Shown: positions 38,974 through 64,000 of the stretch, one piece after another
Position numbering within the stretch: position 1 is the first letter of the stretch
Layout of the letters: each line of letters opens with the position of its first letter
Assembly (NCBI GenBank): GCA_965368975.1
Contig: CBDUPA010000007.1
Coordinates: forward strand, 1 to 64,000
Length of the DNA: 64,000 nt
Source of the DNA: an uncultured bacterium
GTDB lineage: Bacteria; Acidobacteriota; Thermoanaerobaculia; Multivoradales; JAHZIX01
Direction: 5' to 3'
Position numbers and translations under genes: made by a program
Notes under the pieces: generated by a model
The model's input: only the letters and a program-made list of their open reading frames with translations
Told to the model about the DNA's origin: nothing
Databases searched by the model: none

Positions 38974-41424
38974 TCACTCTTGCCGCAACACCTCCACCGG
39001 ACTCACCGAAGTAGCCCGCCGCGCCGGCAAGTAGCACGCCGCCAACGCGACGCCGGCGAGCAGTAGCGGTACCGCGACGAACGTCACGAGATCCAGCGTC
39101 TCGACGCCAAAGACCATCGACGCCATCAGCTTGTGCAAGAAGGCGGCTGCGGCGATGCCGAGCACCAAGCCCATGCCAGCCAGCTTCATGCCCTGACCCA
39201 GCACCAGCTTCAAGATGTCCCCGTTCAGGGCACCTAGCGCCATCCGGATCCCCAGCTCCCTGCGACGCTCGGCGACCTGGATGGACAGCACGCCGTAGGT
39301 GCCGACAGCTGCAAGAATCAACGCCAGCACAGCGAACAAGCCGAACAGAAACGTCAGGAAGCGTGGCTCGGCCAGGGTGCCGCGGAAGGTTTCGGTCAAG
39401 GGACGCAGGCGCTGGACGGGCAGGGCCGGGTCGAGGTCGCGCAGGGTGGTGCGGACTTGGGTGGCGAGGCTGGACGCGGGGAGCGACGAGCGCAGGAGGA
39501 CGTGCATTTCCTTGGGCACGAAGACCGGCGGGACGCTCTGCGCGGCTTGCGGGTAGGGGATGAAGACTTCGGTGCCGGGGGCCTGGTCGAGGCCGGCTTG
39601 TTTCATGTCCTTGACCACACCGACGATGGTGCGCCAGGGGAAGGCGTCGCCGAGGTTGATTCTCAGGTTGCGTCCCAGCGGGCTCTCGTCGCCGTAGAAG
39701 GTGCGGGCGAGGCTTTCGTTGACTACCACGACTTGCGGCGCTTCGGCATCGTCTCCCGGTTCCAGGTAACGGCCTTCGACCAGGGGGATGCCGAGGGTTT
39801 CCAGGGCGCCGGGGCTGGCGTACTGCCAGTAGTCGATCGACCCGGGCGGGGTATCTTCGCCGCTCAGGTCGAGACCTTCGAACTGCGTGGTGTTGCCTTC
39901 GGCGTCGCGCTGCGGCGGCAGGCCGAAGAGGACGGCGACGCCTTCGACACCGGGGAGTGTTTCCAGGCGCGTTTGCAGGCGGCTGAAGAAGTCGATGGCT
40001 TCGGCGGGGCCGGGGTAGAGGTGGTCGGGCAAGGGCAGCTGGAAGCTGGACAGGGGGGCGGGGTCGAAGCCGGCGTCGACGTCCATGAGATTCCAGAAGC
40101 TGCGCAGCAGCAGGCCGGAGCTGATCACCAGCACGACGGCGAGCGCGATCTCGACGACGACGAGGGAGCGCTGCAGGACGTGCCGTGAGCTGCTGCCGCC
40201 GCGGCCGCCGCCTTCTTTGAGCGCACCGCTGAGGTTGCGGCGCAGGTGCAGGGCGGGGGCGAGGCCGAAGAGCAGGCCGGTACCGAGGCCGAGCAGCAGG
40301 GTGACGCCGAGGACGGTGGCGTCGAGACCGACTTCGCCGGAGCGGGGCAGGCCGTCGGGGTGGATGGCCAGCAGGGTCCGCAGGCCGATTCCGGCGAGGA
40401 CGAGGCCCAGGACGCCGCCGAGCAGACCGAGGACGGCGCCTTCGGTGAGGAACTGGCGGATCAGGCGTGCGCGTACGGCGCCGATGGCCGAGCGCATGGC
40501 GATTTCTTTGCGCCGGCTCTGCGCGCGCACCAGCTGCAGGTTGGCGACGTTGGCGCAGGCGATCAGCAGCACGCCGAGGACGGCGCCGAGAAGGAGCCAC
40601 AACTTGCTGCCCACGTCGCCCACGACGTCCTCGTGCAGGGTGTCGAACCGGAAGGGGTGGTTGCTGGCGTCGAGTTGGTGCTGCTCGCCGTTCTCGGCCC
40701 AGCGCGCGAGCAAGGTGTCGAGTTCGGCGTGCATCTGCTCCAGGCTGACGCCGTCGGCCAGGCGGCCGATCAGGTAGTAGCCGTGGGCGTGCCGCGGACC
40801 GGGGTTGCTGCGGTCGAGCGCGAGGGGTTGGTAGACGTCGAAGCGTTCGTTGCGGATCTGGAAGTTTTCGGGCATGACGCCGATGATGGTCACCGGGTTG
40901 CCGTCGATCTGGACGTTCTGGCTCAGGATGTCCGGGTTGCCGGCGAAGGCGCGCTGCCACAGGTCGTAGGACAGCACCACCACCGGCTCGCCGCCGGGCG
41001 CGTCCTCGGCGGCTTCGAAGGTGCGACCGAGGAGGGCGGGGCGCGCGAGGGCTTCGAACAGCTCGTGCGACACTTGAGCGGCGTCGACGCGCAGGGGACG
41101 ATCGCCACTGGTCAGGTTGACGGCGCCGGTGGTGTAGGCGCCGAGGGCGGCCCAGGAGGTGCTGTCGCGCTCGTAGTCGACCCACTCGGGGCCGGACACC
41201 CAGAACTTGTCGAAGCCGAGGCTTTCGATCTTGGTGGTCACCAGGACCAGGCGTTCGGCCTCGGGGAAGGGGAGGGGGCGCAGCATCACGTGGTAGACGA
41301 CGCTCCAGATGGCACTGGTGGCGCCGATTCCCACGGCCAGGGTCAGCAACGCGACGGCGGTGAAGCCGGGGTTGCGCATCAGGCTGCGCAGGCTATAGCG
41401 AAGGTCTTGCAGCAGGGTGCTCAT
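38974..41424 (-). CDS. ADOP-family duplicated ABC permease (MacB/FtsX-like)
   Basis: QDLRYSLRSL..NPGFT, LLIACANVANL, EIAMRSAIGA, VVVEIALAVVL, ELGIRMALGA, PARRAT. Confidence 0.9.
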   Translation of the reverse strand: MSTLLQDLRYSLRSLMRNPGFTAVALLTLAVGIGATSAIWSVVYHVMLRPLPFPEAERLVLVTTKIESLGFDKFWVSGPEWVDYERDSTSWAALGAYTTGAVNLTSGDRPLRVDAAQVSHELFEALARPALLGRTFEAAEDAPGGEPVVVLSYDLWQRAFAGNPDILSQNVQIDGNPVTIIGVMPENFQIRNERFDVYQPLALDRSNPGPRHAHGYYLIGRLADGVSLEQMHAELDTLLARWAENGEQHQLDASNHPFRFDTLHEDVVGDVGSKLWLLLGAVLGVLLIACANVANLQLVRAQSRRKEIAMRSAIGAVRARLIRQFLTEGAVLGLLGGVLGLVLAGIGLRTLLAIHPDGLPRSGEVGLDATVLGVTLLLGLGTGLLFGLAPALHLRRNLSGALKEGGGRGGSSSRHVLQRSLVVVEIALAVVLVISSGLLLRSFWNLMDVDAGFDPAPLSSFQLPLPDHLYPGPAEAIDFFSRLQTRLETLPGVEGVAVLFGLPPQRDAEGNTTQFEGLDLSGEDTPPGSIDYWQYASPGALETLGIPLVEGRYLEPGDDAEAPQVVVVNESLARTFYGDESPLGRNLRINLGDAFPWRTIVGVVKDMKQAGLDQAPGTEVFIPYPQAAQSVPPVFVPKEMHVLLRSSLPASSLATQVRTTLRDLDPALPVQRLRPLTETFRGTLAEPRFLTFLFGLFAVLALILAAVGTYGVLSIQVAERRRELGIRMALGALNGDILKLVLGQGMKLAGMGLVLGIAAAAFLHKLMASMVFGVETLDLVTFVAVPLLLAGVALAACYLPARRATSVSPVEVLRQE

Positions 41425-41576
41425 GCCTCTCTCCTCATCACGGGCCTATCTGATTCAGGACGGTCGAAAGCGTCGCAGTTTGTGCGCGTGAATGCAAGGG
41501 TTGGCGCCGTGGTGGCGGGAGGAGGCCGCCTTCCTTGATGAGGACCTTGCCGCGCGCGTAGAGTAGGAGACGGAGA

Positions 41577-60461
<18,885 letters not shown>

Positions 60462-60474
60462 GCCGAGAAATCCA

Positions 60475-63400
60475 ATGCCTAGCCAGAACCCTGATCTGAT
60501 CGACCCCTACGACGACGAAGGCCCCGAGGACAGCGGCCAACCCGAGGACGGAGCCGCCGACGGCATCGCGATCGTCGGCCTCGCCGGTCGCTTCCCGCAG
60601 GCGGCCGACGTCGCAACCTTCTGGCGCCAGCAACTCGACGGCTTCGAAGCCGTGCGCACGCTGACCCCCGAAGAGCTGAGCGCGGCGGGTGTCTCCACAG
60701 AGCAGCAGGCCGATCCGGCCTACGTGCCGGTCAAGGGCGTGATCGAAGACTACGCCGACTTCGACGCCGACTTCTTCGGCCTCAGTCCGCGCGAAGCCGA
60801 GATCATGGATCCGCAGCACCGCCTGTTCCTGGAGACCTGCTGGCAGGCCATCGAAGACGCCGGCTATGACCCCGCGCGTCTTCCTGGGCCCGACGGCGTC
60901 TCCGCGAGCGGCGGCCGCGGCGGCATCTTCGCCGGCTGCACGCTGAGCAGCTACCTGCTCTCCAACCTGCTCAGCCGTCCCGACGTCATCGCCCAGGTTG
61001 GACCGGTGGGCCTGCGTATCCACAACGACAACGACTCAGTCAGCACCTGGGTTGCCTACAAGCTCGGCCTCGAAGGCCCCAGCGTCACAGTCCAGACCGC
61101 TTGCTCGACCTCGCTCACCGCCGTCCACTTCGCCTGCCAAAGCCTGCTCAACGGCGAGTGCGACGTCGCCCTGGCCGGCGGCGTGTCGCTGACCTTCCCG
61201 ATGCATGCCGGGTATCCCTATCACGAGGGCGGCATCCAGAGTCAGGACGGCCGCTGCCGACCCTTCGACGCGCGCGCCAGCGGCACGGTTGGTGGTACCG
61301 GCGCCGGTGCCGTCGTGCTCAAGCGGCTCGACGATGCCCTGGCCGATGGCGACACCATCCGTGCCGTCGTGCGCGCCAGCGCCATCAGCAACGACGGTGC
61401 CCGTCGCGCCGGCTTCACCGCGCCCGGTGTCGAGGGGCAGGCACGTGCTATCGCCGAGGCACTCACTCTGGCGGATGTCGACCCGGGCACCGTCGCCTAC
61501 GTCGAGACCCACGGAAGCGCCACCAAGCTGGGCGACCCGATCGAGTTTCGCGCCCTGGTGCAAGCGTTTCAAGGCGTCGCCCGCCAGCTGGGCACGCCGG
61601 TACCTGTGTCCAGCTGTGCCCTCGGCTCGGCCAAGGCCAACGTCGGTCACCTGGACGCCGCGGCCGGCATCACCGGCTTCATCCGTGCCGCCAGCGCTGT
61701 CGAGAGCGGCCGGATTCCACCCTGCCTGCACTTCGAGACGGCCAATCCGGCGATCGAGCTGGACGGCAGCCCGTTCTACGTGCCGACCGCGGCCCGCGCC
61801 TGGCCCGAGCGCCAGGAGGACGGCCAGCCGGCACCGCGACGCGCGGGCGTCAGCTCGTTCGGACTCGGAGGCACCAACGTTCATGCGGTGCTCGAACAAG
61901 CGCCGCCGCCCGAGCCCCTGGATGGCGATGGCGAAGACGATGGCGACGCGCGTCCGTGGCAGTTGCTGCTGCTCTCGGCACGCAGCGATGCTGCCGCCGA
62001 CGCGGCTGCCGAGCGGTTGGCGGCACACCTGGAGGAGGGCAAGGCAGATGCGACATCGGCCGACCTCGCCGACACCGCCTACACCCTGCATGCCGGCCGC
62101 CGTCCCTTCCGTCGCCGTCGCGCCGTCGTGGTGCGCGCCGCCGCCGATGCCGTCGAGGTCCTGCGCGGCACGCCCGCTCACCGGCTGCTGCGTGGCGCGC
62201 TGCCCAAGGAGCAGGACAACCCGCCCGGCGTCGCCTTCCTCTTCCCCGGCCTGGGCGAGCACCATGCGGGCATGGCGCGTGAGCTCTACCGTCACGAACC
62301 CGCCTTCCGCGCCGCCCTCGACGCCTGTGCCGAGCACCTGCGTCGACGCGGCCCGGAGGAGGGTGGCCTCGACGTCGACCTGCTCGAATTGCTCTTCCCG
62401 CGCGAGCTCTTCCCGCACGGCAGCGACGCCGCGACCGCCAGCGAGAGCGAGCCCCCGGCGGTTCCGGGCGCCGGCCTGCGCCAGCTGCTGCAAGGGGAAG
62501 ACGAGGAGAAGACACCGGCGCAGGCGCGGCTCGACCGCACCCGCTATGCCCATCCCGCCACCTTCGCCGTCGAGTTCGCGCTGGCCCAGACGCTGATCAG
62601 CTGGGGCCTGCGGCCGAAGGCGCTGTGCGGCTACAGCCTGGGCGAATACGTCGCCGCTTGCGTCGCCGGAGTGTTCACCCTCGGCGATGCCCTCGACCTG
62701 GTGGTCGACCGCGCGCGCTGGGTCGACGAGTTGCCCGAGGGCGCCCTGCTCGCCGTGCCGCTATCCGAAGACGACGTGCGCAGCCACTTCGAGGCGCTGA
62801 GTCCGGAGATCGCGTCCGAACTGGCGATCGCCGCGGCCAACGGCGCTTCGCTGACCGTCGTCGGCGGCAGTCCCGACGCCGTTGATCGTCTGACGGACGG
62901 CCTCGACGCTGCCGGTATCGCCTGCCGCCGCATTCCCACCGTCCACGCCTTCCACACCCCGCGTCTCGAACCGCTGCGCTCCCGCCTCGCCGAGCGCGTC
63001 GCGTCCGTGCCGCGGCAGGCGCCGAAGATCCCGTTCCTGTCCAACCTCAGCGGTACCTGGATTCTTGACGACGAAGCGCAGAGTCCCGACTACTGGGCCG
63101 ACCACCTGGTGCGCCCCGTGCGTTTCACCGACGCGCTCGACACCCTGGTGCGCGACCCCGACCTGGCCCTGGTCGAGGTCGGTCCTGGCCAAGCCCTCGC
63201 CACCCTGGCGCGCCAGCACCCGTCGCGCGTCGCACGAGCGGACGGCAGCGCACAGACCGTCGTCACCACCCTCGGTGATCGCCGCGAGCCGACCTCCGAG
63301 CTAGCCCGCCTGCTGACGGCCGTCGGCCGCCTGTGGCTTGCCGGTGTCGAGCTACCCGAAGCCGCCTTCTACGCCGGCCAGGCTCGCCGTCGCGTGCCGC

Positions 63401-64000
63401 TACCGACCTACCCCTTCGAGCGCAAGCCGTACTTTGTGGAGCCGGGCACTGGCACTGGTACGGCCCTGGAAGCCGCTCCCAGCGCCAAGCCCGCCGACCT
63501 CGCCGACTGGGCCTGGCGCTGGACCTGGCAGCGCGACGATCCGACCGCCGAGTCACCACAGCAGCTCCCCGACGACCGCCAGGGAGAACCCTGCCTGCTC
63601 TTCGCGCCAGCATCCGGTCCCGGCAGTGAGCTGGCGGTGGCCCTGCAAGAACGGCTGGAAAGTGCCGGTGCCGCCGTCACCCTCGTCAGCGATACCGACC
63701 TACGAGCGGGTGATCGACCTGGCTACTCGAGGCTGCTGGCGTCGCTCACCGAACGGGACGCTCTACCGCATCAGATCGTGTGGCTGCGGCCGCTCGACCT
63801 AGATGTCGCGCTCGACGAGGCACAGGATCGTGCCTTCTACGGCCTGCTCTTCCTGGCGCAGGCTCTCGGCGAGCAGATGCTGCACCACGACGTGCGCATC
63901 ACCGTCGTCACCGATCGGCTGCACGACGTTACGGGCGACGAGGACGCCACTGACTTGCCCCTGGCGGCGCTGGCCTTAGGGCCCGTCCAAGTGTTGCCGC
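60475..64000 (+). CDS. Type I PKS module (hybrid-type KS, AT, start of probable KR region); runs off the window end
   Basis: Not in the ORF track because it has no stop. Reads MPSQNPD...IAIVGLAGRFP, MDPQHRLFLE, VQTACSTS, HGSATKLGD, NVGHL, SSFGLGGTN; AT motifs GYSLG and HAFH (malonyl-type). Confidence 0.9.
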   Translation, partial: MPSQNPDLIDPYDDEGPEDSGQPEDGAADGIAIVGLAGRFPQAADVATFWRQQLDGFEAVRTLTPEELSAAGVSTEQQADPAYVPVKGVIEDYADFDADFFGLSPREAEIMDPQHRLFLETCWQAIEDAGYDPARLPGPDGVSASGGRGGIFAGCTLSSYLLSNLLSRPDVIAQVGPVGLRIHNDNDSVSTWVAYKLGLEGPSVTVQTACSTSLTAVHFACQSLLNGECDVALAGGVSLTFPMHAGYPYHEGGIQSQDGRCRPFDARASGTVGGTGAGAVVLKRLDDALADGDTIRAVVRASAISNDGARRAGFTAPGVEGQARAIAEALTLADVDPGTVAYVETHGSATKLGDPIEFRALVQAFQGVARQLGTPVPVSSCALGSAKANVGHLDAAAGITGFIRAASAVESGRIPPCLHFETANPAIELDGSPFYVPTAARAWPERQEDGQPAPRRAGVSSFGLGGTNVHAVLEQAPPPEPLDGDGEDDGDARPWQLLLLSARSDAAADAAAERLAAHLEEGKADATSADLADTAYTLHAGRRPFRRRRAVVVRAAADAVEVLRGTPAHRLLRGALPKEQDNPPGVAFLFPGLGEHHAGMARELYRHEPAFRAALDACAEHLRRRGPEEGGLDVDLLELLFPRELFPHGSDAATASESEPPAVPGAGLRQLLQGEDEEKTPAQARLDRTRYAHPATFAVEFALAQTLISWGLRPKALCGYSLGEYVAACVAGVFTLGDALDLVVDRARWVDELPEGALLAVPLSEDDVRSHFEALSPEIASELAIAAANGASLTVVGGSPDAVDRLTDGLDAAGIACRRIPTVHAFHTPRLEPLRSRLAERVASVPRQAPKIPFLSNLSGTWILDDEAQSPDYWADHLVRPVRFTDALDTLVRDPDLALVEVGPGQALATLARQHPSRVARADGSAQTVVTTLGDRREPTSELARLLTAVGRLWLAGVELPEAAFYAGQARRRVPLPTYPFERKPYFVEPGTGTGTALEAAPSAKPADLADWAWRWTWQRDDPTAESPQQLPDDRQGEPCLLFAPASGPGSELAVALQERLESAGAAVTLVSDTDLRAGDRPGYSRLLASLTERDALPHQIVWLRPLDLDVALDEAQDRAFYGLLFLAQALGEQMLHHDVRITVVTDRLHDVTGDEDATDLPLAALALGPVQVLP

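Noticed and set aside
38786-41185. 799-aa Arg-rich ORF overlapping the ADOP permease
   Set aside because: Alternative-frame shadow ORF in high-GC DNA; low complexity and no motifs.

Overview
High-GC bacterial chromosomal window. It is probably Acidobacteriota, inferred from the ADOP-type duplicated permease and the TIGR02999-type ECF sigma/Ser-Thr kinase set. From left to right: (1) mobile-element debris (possible IS21-type end, a SprT-like/RadC-JAB fusion, a truncated tyrosine integrase, an IS66 remnant); (2) a type IV minor-pilin operon fimU-pilV-pilW-pilX-pilY1 with an FxLYD-like protein; (3) a ~14 kb island of six secreted proteases (3 S1, 3 M43) and a metallophosphoesterase, with shuffled Cys-rich C-terminal modules; (4) an ECF sigma factor flanked by two Ser/Thr kinases, with a third paralogous kinase next to the pilin operon; (5) a CHASE2 operon with two exported caspase-FGE/C-type-lectin proteins whose last 135 nt carry the signature of diversity-generating retroelement (DGR) variable regions, although no RT or template repeat is seen in the window; (6) an ADOP permease and the start of a large NRPS-PKS cluster. 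The most unusual feature is in the 6294-aa NRPS: its second adenylation domain is split by a ~1,790-aa in-frame insert containing C-T-Cy-A(Cys)-T, i.e. NRPS modules nested inside an A domain. All calls come from reading motifs by eye; no database searches were run.
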